From contig OZ316892.1 of assembly GCA_973895155.1 (NCBI GenBank), forward strand, positions 3,475,223 to 3,539,222: DNA of 64,000 nt, in the 5' to 3' direction. Positions 22,510 to 35,800 of the stretch are shown one piece after another. Every line of letters begins with the position of its first letter. Position 1 is the first letter of the stretch. The translations under genes were made by a program, and so were the position numbers. The DNA comes from Marsupella aquatica (lineage: Eukaryota; Plantae; Marchantiophyta). The notes beneath the pieces were generated by a model that saw only the letters and a list, made by a program, of their open reading frames with translations, ran no database searches and had not been told where the DNA came from.

Positions 22510-25500
22510 GACTGTAAATAATGGGGGGGCATGTAACTTTCTTTGGTTGCTTTTTCACTTATGTTGCTTTTTCACTTATGTTGCTTTTTCACTTATGTCT
22601 TTGGAGCCTTTTGATTGTTCTTGTCTTTGCTTGTACTCCTCTTTTGTTCATTGCATTAATTTGTGCACCAATTGTGGTGTTTCCATTAGAATCATATTTT
22701 GTCAAGTTTTGTTAGTCTCAAAAGGGTATACCTTTCCATACCTCCTTTATGTTAGGCTTCCCAAACCTATAAAGTCTTTTAGAGATACTCCATGAAAGAT
22801 AATCTTATTCAGTCTGGAATTTGCTAATTAATTCTCCTCCTTCCATTGTAACAAGACATTGAGAGTCAAGATCTTGTATGGAAATAAAGCTTGATTTTGA
22901 AATATGATTAAATTCATGACACATTTGTGATGATTGAGTTTAATGATTTATTTCTAAGATTCACATCGAATTCACTGCTAAGCTTGCTCACTGTGACGAG
23001 ATTTGTTAGCCAATTCGAGGATGAATGTTGTTTGTGAGAGGAAAAATTCAATTCTTGGAGTAATTAGTACCGATTACCATGCACTGGAATAAACTTTAGA
23101 ATTTGACATAAGTCATGTATCATACTCAGTCGAATCATGTTAACGGCATCTTAAAGTTTATCATTGCATTTGTAACCAGAAAATTACCCTGGGTTTGGTG
23201 AGCAAAATTCCCACAATCAACATTATTATAGGTTAAAGAGAAAGGTTAATTGAAGAATGATAGCAAGTTACCATTCTATACATGCTAAGACCAGAGTTCT
23301 TTCTTAAGGAGTGGCAATGTTTAAATGCTAATTAAATCATCTCAGTCTAAGCTTATTCTCTCCTATAACTCAGAAGACCATTTGTTGTTGTTTTGATTAA
23401 TTTGTTTACTTTTGTTAGGAGTAGATGTGAATAATAGAGAGCAAGAGGCTCTAAAACTCTTAAAAAGATAAAAATGTTCAATTCAATCTAGTTCTGTTCT
23501 TAAAGGGATCAAAACTCGAGTCTTTAAGTGAAAATAGACATTTTTGATTCTTCCATCTATACGACACTCTTTGTGCCCACAACAAAGTCTTCATTGATTC
23601 AAATTGTTAAATTAATTCAAGTTTATGTCTCCCAAGGGAACCTTAAACTCAATAAAAACACCATAACGTTCTTATAAATCTCAAAATTGGATTTAAGATA
23701 CCCTAATATTCTTCTCCATTGTTTTCAAGTTTTCCCTTAGAACCAATTGGGGAACCAATAAATGAATCTATCCTTTGTCGGACATGATGTGCCATTTTTG
23801 TGGGAGTGCAACCCCCAAGGGGTCTTTCAAAACATTTTTTGGATCATTCCAAACTATTTTAAATTTATAGAGGTAAAAAACTATTTTTTTTCTTACATTT
23901 TTGAGGGTCCAAGGCTACAAAATGATGCAGGTTATGAGGGGCCCTCTATATAGTGAGACCCCAAGAACCTGGCCAGATATTGGCCATCAAATTGTTTCAA
24001 GCTAGCTACAGTTACTTTGCTTAACCATAAGTGGAAAAAGATGAGAACAAAGGATTGCAAAGCTTCATCCTGGAAGTGTGACAACTTCGGCCATAAAGAA
24101 ATATCTATAAAGTTTTTTGCAGTGTTGTGGAAAAAGTTTCATTAGTGTGTATAGTGACTTGTTAGTGTGTATAGTGACTTATAGTCTTGACATTATATGA
24201 TCATTTGTTACTTGTAACAAAAAGTTTTGGATTATGAATTTGTAGTCCATAATTTATTTTGTTTGTAAGCTGAACCAAGTTGTTTGGGTACATTAAATTT
24301 TGAGCATCTCAAGTAGAGGCCTGTTTTTGCTTGGAACCTGAAACTAATGCTAATTATGGCAGATGACATTTCCAGGTCTTGTCTCCCATCGGTACCGACC
24401 CTGAATTGGCAAATTAATGGGAATGGAGGTTGATCACCAAAATGTCTCTTCCTGATGCCAAACGGGACACCAAATTTGCCCAGTGTGGCTATAGCCTTGT
24501 CTAAGTTGCCAAAGACTCCCCCAAAGTGATTGATTGTGGTGCAAACCCATCCACAAGCTATTCCCGATGGTTACATGGATAATTGCACCCTGAACTGCAA
24601 AAGTCATGACTGTATATAATATGACGGTCTGGGCAGAAGGTCACTATCTAACCCTGTGACCAAAAAGTGCAGGAAAGCTTCTCGGCCACCACAGGGTCCA
24701 GATGAGAACCCAATCTAGACCAACTCGTTCCAGCACATAAAAGTGACACTAAATGGTTACACACAAGTAACCTTTATATATTCCATGCAGAATTTATGAC
24801 TTTTGGGCTTATCCTTGGGATTGGGTGGAGCTATGTTCCAAACTGCAAAACCATGCAACAAAGTCACCTTAAGAGGGGACCTCTAAAATACAAGTATTAC
24901 ATTAGTTAGCAAATTAAGGGTCTTTATGTTCCTACTTCTGATTGGAGCAATCATACTCCTGATGATAGGCAGTTAGTTCAATTTTTTCAGCTGGTCTGTC
25001 TCTGCTTCTCTCTGGACTCACTTTCCTGGAGAGAGACTAAGCAGCGAGCACCGTTTTGTACCATCTGATATTTCCAAGCGCGACAATCTCCCAGACTGCA
25101 AAACCTATTGTTAAATCTATGCTGTGGCAGGTAGCAAATTGCTAAACCAGTGGAGATCTCTTAAACCTTAGTAGGGAGTATCAATTTTCTGGGTTTTGGC
25201 TACAGTCACGGTCACACACATTTTCCCTGAAGTAAAGTGGCAGACTCACAAAATCTTGTCCTACCAGTTGTGACCAATGTCTTTAACTCACATTTTTGGG
25301 TTGGGATCTTTGTGGGGCACCTCAGACTTGAGATGCCTACAAGGGAGTCTCAAAGCTTCAAAGTTGCAGACAATGGCTTCTAGTCATAAGCGAATGGCCA
25401 TAACTTTCTCAGAGGTTTATGTAAAGTTTTCGTTTTGCTAGTCTTTGTAGTAACTTATGGTCATGGCATACGACCAATCTTTTGGCAAAAGGTTGTGCAT

Positions 25501-28500
25501 AATGTATTTGGTAGTCCATAGTTTTTAATGTCCTTAACACCCTAACTACTAACTAAGTTAAACCATAGCTTCACATATAAAATTACAAGTAACCGGTAGC
25601 TCTCATTCTACACATTTCACAAAAGGGATGGGCAGGAGTATTACTCTGAGGTCCACCTTATTAGATAAACTCCACCTTTTTCTCGGCCATCCTGCAGGCG
25701 TGAATGAACACTAACCGGGCAGGGGAAAGGCCCCTCTTACATGAGTTTACGTGTGATTTAAGGTCCATCAATTTTAAGCTGTGGTTGATGGACCGGGTTA
25801 AGTCCCCCTCCACACACCCCTAGAACCGAGAGGGCCCATGTTGAACCATAGCCTAGAACCGAGAGGGTCCAGGTTCAGTCACACAAGGGGTGTGGAGGGT
25901 ATGTGTGTATATATGTGTGGGTGGGGTGTCAGTAGTGGTGGGAATTTTGGTTTCTCCTCAGCCCTTGGGTGTCCCGCTGCTTGAGGGCTCTGGTTTAACC
26001 CTCTCTCCCTCCTGGTCTGGATCCCTGGGTGTTGTCCCCTTGTGGCTACCCTACATAAAAAGTATGCTCCTGAGCAGGAAGACAGTCTATCCTCAATTGG
26101 ATGGGCCTCTCCGCTCTTGAATCTCCTCTCTTGGATGGGCCTGCTCTAGGCTTTCAAGGCCAAAATAAATAAATTTGAAGCTTTGGCATGCCCTACTATA
26201 ATTCCATTATTTAATTAACAAAAAGTGTTTATGTTTGTATTGAAGAGAAGCCCCATTTTTTTGTGTGGTGAAAATGCGCCAAATTCCACCTCCCCAAAAA
26301 TCTTTTGCACTCTCTCATTATTACCCAGTGTTCCACCTAATCACAGCCCCCATTAGCCAGAATCTAATGACTAGCCTTAAATCTAGGGAGATCTGATGGT
26401 CAGGACTAATTGAAAAGGGGAAACTAATTGAATAATGAATTGTTTTTCTCTAGCATGAGGCAGTGTTCCACCTAATCTACATTTATAATAAGGGATCCCG
26501 CCAAATCCCCTTATCGTCCTTTTACAAAAAGAGAAAAAGGAGGGAACATTCCTTTACGGTCACATATGTGCAGGAATATTTGGGACTCTTGGATTGGGGA
26601 AAAGGTGCCCATAATTTGAATAGACTTAGGATAAAGTATACTTAGTACATGTGCTAGCTAGACTACACAATACTAGCTAGAGTACACATTCAATGCTATA
26701 TAGTTCCAAAAATACTTTTTAGCATGGAGTGACATGGAATAGTAAATGAATAGAATGACGCGAGATAAAGATTTATGGCATTGAGCAAATAAAGAAAAAA
26801 TGAATTGACATGAGAAAATTTTCTGGCCTTTTTCCTCTCCAAAAAGGAAATCAATAATCATTTTTTGGAAAGTTACTTTGTCTTTTCTTTCCAAAGTTTT
26901 CTCCATTTTAATGGTGTTGGATGGGAGAAAATGGGGAAGGGGGGAGAAAACAGGCACTCCAAGGGCACAGAAGGAAAGACACACATAGGGCAAGGGGGAG
27001 CTTGGGGGGGGGGGGGGGGGGGGCGGGGGCAAACTAAGTGAAAACATTCTTTTTCTATATAGCATCTCGCAACCCGTGGTGTAACCCCATGATGCCCTGA
27101 GACATTCTTACCCATCTTGCAGCCCTCCACACACTTAACTTGCCTTCCTAACAATATCAATACTCAACTCTCACAACATGCAACATGGACTAAAACAACA
27201 ACATTGTGGCACCAACAAACATGCACCCAAATGACACTCCGCAGTCATAAAATGACAACATAAGTGACACAGTTGGAACACCAACATTTCCGCAACAATC
27301 ACACGACCACGGGCACGACCACTACGACAACAACCAGTCAAAATGACAATTGATTGACTTTCAGAACCACAACACAACCGCAATGACATCCCAACCACAA
27401 ACACAACACCACAAATTGCAATGATAATTGTGCAACACACCAACATAGGGCCCAAAAGTTCACCTTGCCTCCATGACACTTATTTTTCTCAACTACTTCC
27501 TCTACAAATTCCTAAAGTTGCAAGGTGGGAGGGGCCAATTATGGCCTCCACCTAATTAGTTCTCCCATTTCCTTGACATTACTTGGAATTAGATTCTCTA
27601 CCCCAAAGGTCATAAGTTTCTCTTGCTCATAATTAAGTGGATGATTTTTCTTTGCTTACACCTCTATTTGCTGTTTGCCCAAGTTCAATTTTGTGTCTCT
27701 TCTTTAGCTCTGAGAGTTATTTGTCTTGCCTCAAACACCATATATTACACCTTGGCCTGGCCTCTCACCCCAACTCCAGCTGCAAGTATTCTTGCATTGG
27801 GCTCCCCTCTTTTGTGGGGTCCAAGCTCTCCTCTCCCTCCCTTCTTCCCTTGGAACGACAATATATCTTTTGACTCTCTGTTTCGCTTGCAACAACAACA
27901 CTTCCCCTAACAACAGCCGGGGAGACGAGAAGGGGGAGAAAGGAAAATAAAGGAGGGGTGGAGCAAGAACGAGGTAGAACGGGGAAGGGAGGAGGACTAT
28001 AATTATTGAAAAAATAGTCATTAATTAAGTAAAAACATAACTAAAGAATAAAAATAAATTCCCTTTCCCATCCACTGAAAGATTTCTTGTTACTTATTTG
28101 GATTTCAAACTTCAATTTTATCTTTGAATCCCTTGAAGTTTCTCATTCCTTACCCCCCTTGTTGATCTCACATCCCAATCACACAAACCATGTTTGCCTC
28201 ACCTCTAAATCTTGCTCTCACCTTGACATGTTGTCTTCACCTCAAAATCTTGCTTTCACCTAGCCTTGACATATTGTCTCACCTTTGAATCTTGCCCTCA
28301 CTCGAAATCTTTCCAAACGGAGTGCATGGGGCTAGTCACATATCACAGGCCCCATTAACCAGAATTTAATGATGGCCTTAAATCTAGGGAGGTCTGACAT
28401 CTAGGGACATCTGGCGATTAGGCCCCATGAGACAGAAATTAATGACCTAGGGAGATCTGACACTCAGGAAAATAATTTAAATATTGAAAACTTTGAGCAT

Positions 28501-29853
28501 CTTCTCGTTCACAGTGTACATTCGCCACTGTGGCGAAAAAGGAAAATCCTTAAAAAAGTACGCTGATGAGAGGCATTTCCTCCGCTCTGTCGAGGCTCCT
28601 CTCTCTCTCTGTGTCTCTGCTCTCTGGAGTCTGGCCCTCACTTTCCTTGAGAGCGACTAGCCGTTCACTGGTAGTACCGTTTGATGTTTTTCAAACGAGA
28701 CAGAACAGAACCAGTTCTCTGGAATCTGTACTTCTGCTTTTATACTAAGCCGTCGATCGCTTCATCTGCGTTTGCCTTCCGACTGTACTGTCGCCGAAAT
28801 TCAAATTTCGGGATGGCACGTGGACAGGCAATGCCCCTCGAGGCTCGAGCAGTCGAGCGGACGACTACTGCACTACTGCAGTTTTTCTGAATGTTCAGTG
28901 GAATCTGCTCTCCGTGCTCCATTGAGAGCTCGATCCTGCTGCTGGGTAGCTTGGCCAGCTACAGCGCACGCACACTCACTGCGTCTCTCGGACTCCTGAT
29001 GCAGTCCAGAACTCCAGATGCAGTCCAGAATGATGGTGCGTTCGTTCTTCCCGAAGCTCCTCGATTCATTGCGCTTTGTCTCTCAATGCTGCGATCCATT
29101 GAAGGAAATGAATGTGATTACTGTACTGGGTGGAGCTTGATTGCGCTTGCTCTCGCAATGCTGCGATCCATTGTAGGAAATGAATGTGATTAGTGTACTA
29201 GGGAGAGCTTGATTCCGCTAGCTTTTAATGCTTGGTCGAGAGTTGGTGAGTTGTTTTGCATCACTCGTGCGCGGTCTACGTAGGGGGGAGGTTCTTTCGA
29301 GAAAGAACTCCGAGGCAGAGAAGAGAAGAGTCAATTGGGCACAGATTGCTAGACGAAATTAATGGCTGGACTGTCTTTAGATCGGACGACGACGACCTTA
29401 TTTCACGGAAACATCGAAAAAGACGACCGCTTTTCTAGGATGGCAATGTTCACCATTACAATCGACGATGTAGTAGCTTTTTCCTTCATGGTTTCAGATC
29501 CAGGCCAGGGCTCTGAAGGTATCGGGCTGGTTCGATGAACTCCATCAACCTTCCTTGATCAACTCAGCTAGCAGCGCGTGATGGGTACTCCTTTCGTAGA
29601 GAATTCGGAGTTCTCACTGCACTATGTCCCGTGGAGAGATTGAATGAGACGTCTGACGATGGAGGTCGCAACATAACGCAATTGAGGGTAATGATTCCCG
29701 CTCATGACCGCCTCTGGCAGCAACAAGAAACGAATCTGCAGTAAACGAAGCAGCGCAGCATTATCTTGCTTTTTCTTGAAAGCTCTCCAAGTTGCTTCTA
29801 AAAGCTGTGACGGATTGCGGTTCGGGTCCCTTGTCCATAAGGAGAGAAGCAGA

Positions 29854-32800
29854 ATGGCCAAAGGAATGTCTCCACTTCGGTCCCTCATGCGGAATGCCCA
29901 AAGAAAGACACTTGCAGATGGCATCGATGGGAGTTCATCTGGTTCGGACGGCACAGCTCAGTCGACACGACAGCCACTTGGTCCGATTACTGATTCGACC
30001 GTAAGGAATCCTCTCATCACGGTTGCTGAGCAGTCAAGTGGAGACCCCTCAACTCCACGAGCTAAAGCGAAAGTCTCGTCGACTCATGGAGACGAAAAAT
30101 TTCCACACTTGGAAAATTCGGAAGTCTTTGCAACTTCTATTAATACTACTCCTGACAAAACTGCAAGCTCACAGTCCAAGGGTAAGTTCACATGGCAGCA
30201 TCGTCACGGGCCCACAGCTCAGAATACTCTGAGGGATGGTCCACCGCCGTTGAATACACCACCGCGACCTCCCAAGGTGGGGGGTTCTGGATGCTCTGAT
30301 GGTCAATCTGCAAATAATCAGGACACAACATTACAAAGCGTGTCCCATCACTTTCGGGGGGGTAGTACCACCGGGGGAGGAAGTGTACCGAGCACCCCTT
30401 TCCGGGGGGGTAGCACAACCGGGGGAGGAAGTGTACCGAGCACCCCTAAGACTGGTAGATCAGTGGGAGGTAAGTCCACTACCGAATCAGAGAATGGCGG
30501 TTCTCAATCTCAAAATGCCACGCCCAGCAAAAGTGTTTCCAGATCACTGAAGTACAGTCAACAACAGGGGAGTGCAAACAACTCCGGAGCTTCTGGACTG
30601 ACGAACGCCCGGTCTACAGTTGCTCAGCATGGGATCACTCGACCCATGGGCTATCTGCAGGCAGCAAAAGGTTTCCTTCCTCAAACTTCGAATCAGAATT
30701 TTGTAGAGCATCAATTCGAGCTGGAGGAAGATGCAAGCTTCTGGCGTGATCACAATGTCCAGGTATGTTTCTTATGGGACCGGCTAGCACGAGACCTACA
30801 TTGCCCTCTGTTTTGCTAGAATCGTGAGTCTTTGGACGAAATGAACGATCGGTCTCGTGAACGTGAATCGATCAGCTGTAGGATCGCAGCTATTTCAGGA
30901 CCATTGGAATGATCTGGGTTTCACCAGGCTAGACATCGACAAATACATACTTCTCGCTAAAGATTAGGACTCTGGGTTCTCGATTGCTAATAAATTGTTT
31001 TGGCGTATATTAAAGAGTAAAACTTTTCTCGGTTCGTCCGGTCTCACCGGTCTTCTCCTAGAGCTATCTTCCGAGCACTACTGCAATTTGTATGACTTTA
31101 TTTGCAATTCAGCCTGTTTGAAAAGATTCTTCATTCGACTCTGCACCATTTACTTAGTACATTGTTTCACGGATGGTTGAAGGCCATCTCTGTCTATCTT
31201 AATGTTGACCACTAGGACACCATCCTGGCAGGTTATCATCCGAACTCGACCCCTTAGCAACAGCGAGTTGACGTCCCAGGGATGGAACAGATGTCTCAAA
31301 CAAGAAAGCCCTCATGTTGTTAGTTGGCTTGGGCAGCCCGAGTCGCGGTTCACGTTTGATCACGTCGCTGGCGAGACAATCACGCAGGTACATCCAATGC
31401 CTCTAAACTTGCGTGATATCCTGTGGTAACGATGTGCGCACCGCTCGCAATGATGCTAACTTTTCAAGATTTGTTCTCTTTTCAGGCCAAACTTTTTGAT
31501 ATAGCTGGTTTACCCATGGTGGAGAACTGCATGTCAGGCTACAACAGCTGCATGTTTGCTTATGGGCAAGTAAGTGCTTTCGAGATTCAAACTTGATAAT
31601 CTTTTAAATCGTCAATTCCCATATGTTCATTCTCAGTCATGCTATACCACATGGAAGCACAACTCAACAACTCACACAGCCAGACCTGACCTTCCTGGGC
31701 ACGTGGGCAGCGGTGTTAACGTGATCGTCTGGGGAACAATTTTGGGAACGATTATGCTGAGAGTTCTCGATACCTATTTGCAGTTCTTGGATTGCCATGA
31801 GGTTGAGAATTATTATGTTTGGCTGATACGATGACAACTTACAAATTTGCAGACTGGCAGCGGGAAGACACATACTATGCTCGGAGACATGGAAAACCTC
31901 GATCTAAGTCCCAGTGAGAACCGGGGAATGACACCTCGAGTTTTCGAATACTTATTTGCACGGATTCGAACGGTATGTCTGGGTCCTCGGTCGCTCATCA
32001 TCGTGATGAAGTCAAACGTTGGGACATTTCTCTAGCAGCGAGGAAGTCTAATGGAAGCTCTTTTCGTCTCATTTGGCAGGAACAAGAATGCCGCAGGCAT
32101 GAACACTTGAAGTTCTTTTGTAAATGTTCATTCCTTGAAATTTACAATGAGCAGATAACCGACCTTTTGGAGCCCTCATCAACAAATTTGCAAGTGTGTT
32201 GATTCTGCCCTTTCCACTAACTTTGAAGTATAAGCTTGATACCACAGTGCAAAATTCTTCTTCATTTCACTCTATGCATCATCTCTGACTGCACCTTCCA
32301 CAAGTAGACCACACACATCGAGTTAGTTTCATCAACTATTGATCAATTTGATCCTTTCTAAGTGAATTTGGTCGGTGGCTAAGCAGATGAGGGAAGATGC
32401 GAAGAAGGGTGTTTACGTTGAAAATCTTTCGGAGGTTGAAGTGCAGTGCGTGCAAGATGTCATTCAGCTACTTCTCCAGGTTGTCTTTCAAACCATTTTC
32501 CCTGGCCGGCCCACCTTTCCTGTTATTCAGGATGAATTCTCCCGAGAATGTAGGAGTTCGTCAACAACACTCGAAGATCTATGCTCCTTCGTATGTACCA
32601 TTTTAATGTGTGGCACAACAATTCATATCAAGACTTCATAGCTGAGGAGTGCAAGGTTATAATTGCGCAAGTACAGGGATGTTCCAATTGGTTTGGTGGA
32701 ACGAGATAAAAGATGGTACCAAACTTAGTGCTGATTTTTGACGTTGAACTTCAGTGACTCATCTTATTAGTAACAGATCTTATCCCTGACCTCTTGACAA

Positions 32801-35800
32801 ACAGGGAGCCTCTAACAGAAAAGTTGCTGCGACAAACATGAATCGAGAGAGTAGTCGTTCTCACAGTGTCTTCACCTGTGTGGTGGAAAGCAAGGTAATC
32901 AATATGGATATTGAAGATAAAGGTCAACGAGGAACCATAACCTGTCAAATATCTTTCATTCATTTGATTTTCTCCAGATCCTCCCCTGCACTCGAGAATT
33001 TGCTCCTAGTGCAGGGAATTTATTTTCGAGAACTCGTGTTTTAAATGTGTAATATTTGGAATCAAGGCGAATTCGAGGGTCCGAGGTTGACGGTCGTCTT
33101 GTGGTAATCTGCTAGTGGGAGAACAATTCGATGACCAATTCGCGCTACGGACGGCTACATCTGGTTGATCTTGCAGGGTCTGAAAGGTACAGAGTTGAAT
33201 CGAATGAGGAATGTTGCTTTATGTCCGCGCAAAAAGTTTTCCTCTAGAATAACCTCCTTAATGTTTTACAAGTAACGTTGTTTCGCAATGCTGGCAGACA
33301 AAAGAGCTCAGGTGCCGAAGGTGGGCGTCTAAAGGAAGCTGCCAATATCAACAAGTCTTTGTCAACTCTGGGGTACACCTTTCCGGCTCATGGGTTCTTT
33401 CGGTTGAATTTGTTGAGGAACTAAGTAGCAAAAGTGGTCTATCATGATCGGTTTTGATTGTCAAGGTAGTCGCCTTTGTTGACGTGGATGGAAATGACGG
33501 AGATGATGACGAACTGAGAATCCTCACGTCAAAGCTTTGATTAAGTAACAACATGGATTATTGGAGGAGTATGTTATTGACTGGTCGATGCCAATGATGG
33601 GCGTATAATGCGCAGGCTGGTCATCATGATTCTTGTAGATGTTGCAAATGGAAGGCAGCGGCATGTTCCTTATCGAGACTCGAAGCTCACGTTCCTTCTC
33701 CAGGTTTTCCACCTATTCCACTCGCTCATTAAGAAATCGGATGTCCAAGCTGTTACTTGCAGTACTTCAACAGTCATCACAGGCGATCTTGGGTGTTGTC
33801 TAAGTCAACAAATCTTTGACTGCCTAACCTCACTTCTGATTATTTCCAGGATTCACTGGGGGGCAACTCCAAAACGATCATGATAGCTAACGTGAGTCCT
33901 GCGAGTTGGTAAGATACTACCCAAGGCGGTCAGAAGCTTCCTGCATACGTTCCTCCTGTTTACGCAACAGCGATTTTGACGTTGCAGACACCTTATTGTG
34001 CGGTAGAAGATTTTCATATGTTCATCATTGGAGCCAGAAGCAGGAAAAATTGAAATGGCATTCTCACAATTGCCCTGTGTTTTTGGTTGTGACGCTAGCT
34101 GCGCCATGGAGACACTGAGCACGCTGAAATTTGCACAGCGAGCGAAGTTTATTCGTAATAATGTAAGAATTTTTTCTCTGCGTTTGTTAGATTACTATCT
34201 CACTTTTAAGTCGCAGGCGGCAATTACGGAAACTGTTAGATTACTGAACTTCTCATCGCTACTAAGTTATGAAATGCGCAAGCAGGCTATTATCAACGAG
34301 GATGCGACTGGAGATGTCATAGCTTTGCGACAAGAAATCGAGGAATTAAAGGTGAGAATGCTAGTTCTCCGCTGCGAATAGTTGGATGTTGAAGTTCACC
34401 GTATTGTCCACACCAGGTAGAGCAGAAAAGATTTCATTTCATGCTTCATTCTCTCCTGTATCCGAGTTTGACAGTGCAAATTGTTCATGAATGCGTGTGA
34501 AGGTTGAAGTGGAGCGTTTGCGGCGTGAAAGAATGTTGAGGGTGTCATCATCGCGGATTTTAGCACTCGAGAATGGGTCCGTCGTTGCAGGGCAAATGGG
34601 CGGGGATAAATTCGACGCGTCTACACTTGACTGCAACGTAATTGAACATTCCAACAAGTCTCAGACCGTCTCCATCGCAAATAATGATAAGGTATCGAAA
34701 CGTCAAACTACGGATTTCCATTCTTGAGAGGACAAATGGCTTGAACATTTAGATGCAGGCAGACTCTCACTTCGGACATCTTGTGGTCCTTTCAGCAACT
34801 GAGATCAATTGAAGCAATTTTGGCGGGTGCATTGCGACGAGAACAACAGGCCGAAGATATCACTAAGAAGCTAGCTGCTGAGATTGAACAACTTAACCGT
34901 CTGGTGAGGCACTTCATGAAAGCCGATAGCCTGAAGTATCTGTCTATCCCATTAGCAACGTTTGTTTGAATTGGAAGCACCTATTGGGTATTGAGTATCC
35001 AAAGAAGTGGAGCGGTGTCTGATTCCCGAGCTGAAGATCAGTCAATAGTTCCACAAGCCGGGCCGACAGGTCTTTGGATGTTGTCGATTCATGTTGGGAG
35101 AGAGAGACAAATCTATGTTACTAGTACAGATCCCGGACCCTGTGGTGAACATTGTTAGGTGCTAAAATTGTAAATCGGTTGTCCTGGATTTCGGGTTTAC
35201 CCTTCGAAGAATTGGCAGCCAAGACTGGCTCTAGTGTTTGCTAACCTTGACGAGAAAGGATTGCATTAAAATTGTTCAGGTTCGACAGCGGGAAGAGGAT
35301 TCTCAGTGTTCGAAGATGCTGTTAAGGTTTCGAGAGGAGAAGATTCGCAGATTGGAGGGTATCGCTGACAACGTTATATCAGCAGAGGCTTTCTACGAGG
35401 AAGAAAGAAAGAATTTGATCGATGAGCTCCAACTGATTCGGGGTCGTCTTGACCGTAACCCTGAGTTGACTCGGTTCGCGATGGAAAATATTCGCTTGAT
35501 GGAAGAATTAAGAAGGTATTAGATTCCTCCCAGACCTCTGGAAGTTCCATCCGCGGAAACTCAAAATGAAGTGTTTGACTTTGAATACACTCGACTTTGT
35601 GGTGACGGAACCGGCTACTTCTACATTGGTGTGCAGATATCAGGAATTTTATGATGGCGGTGAAAGGGATGTGCTGCTTGAAGAAATATCAGGCCTTCGC
35701 AGTCAGGTACAGTACTTGGATGTTTATGCTTCGTCGTCAGTGCAGAGACCAAAACAAGGAACCCTTTGAAAGACCCAAATGGAGAGAATGAATCACCGGC

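Noticed and set aside
22800-25500. Possible decayed gene or retroelement in AT-rich DNA
   Set aside because: No recognisable motif in the frames I could read; left unannotated.
26673-27160. Poly-proline ORFs
   Set aside because: Produced by a poly-G run at ~27004-27029; no other coding support.
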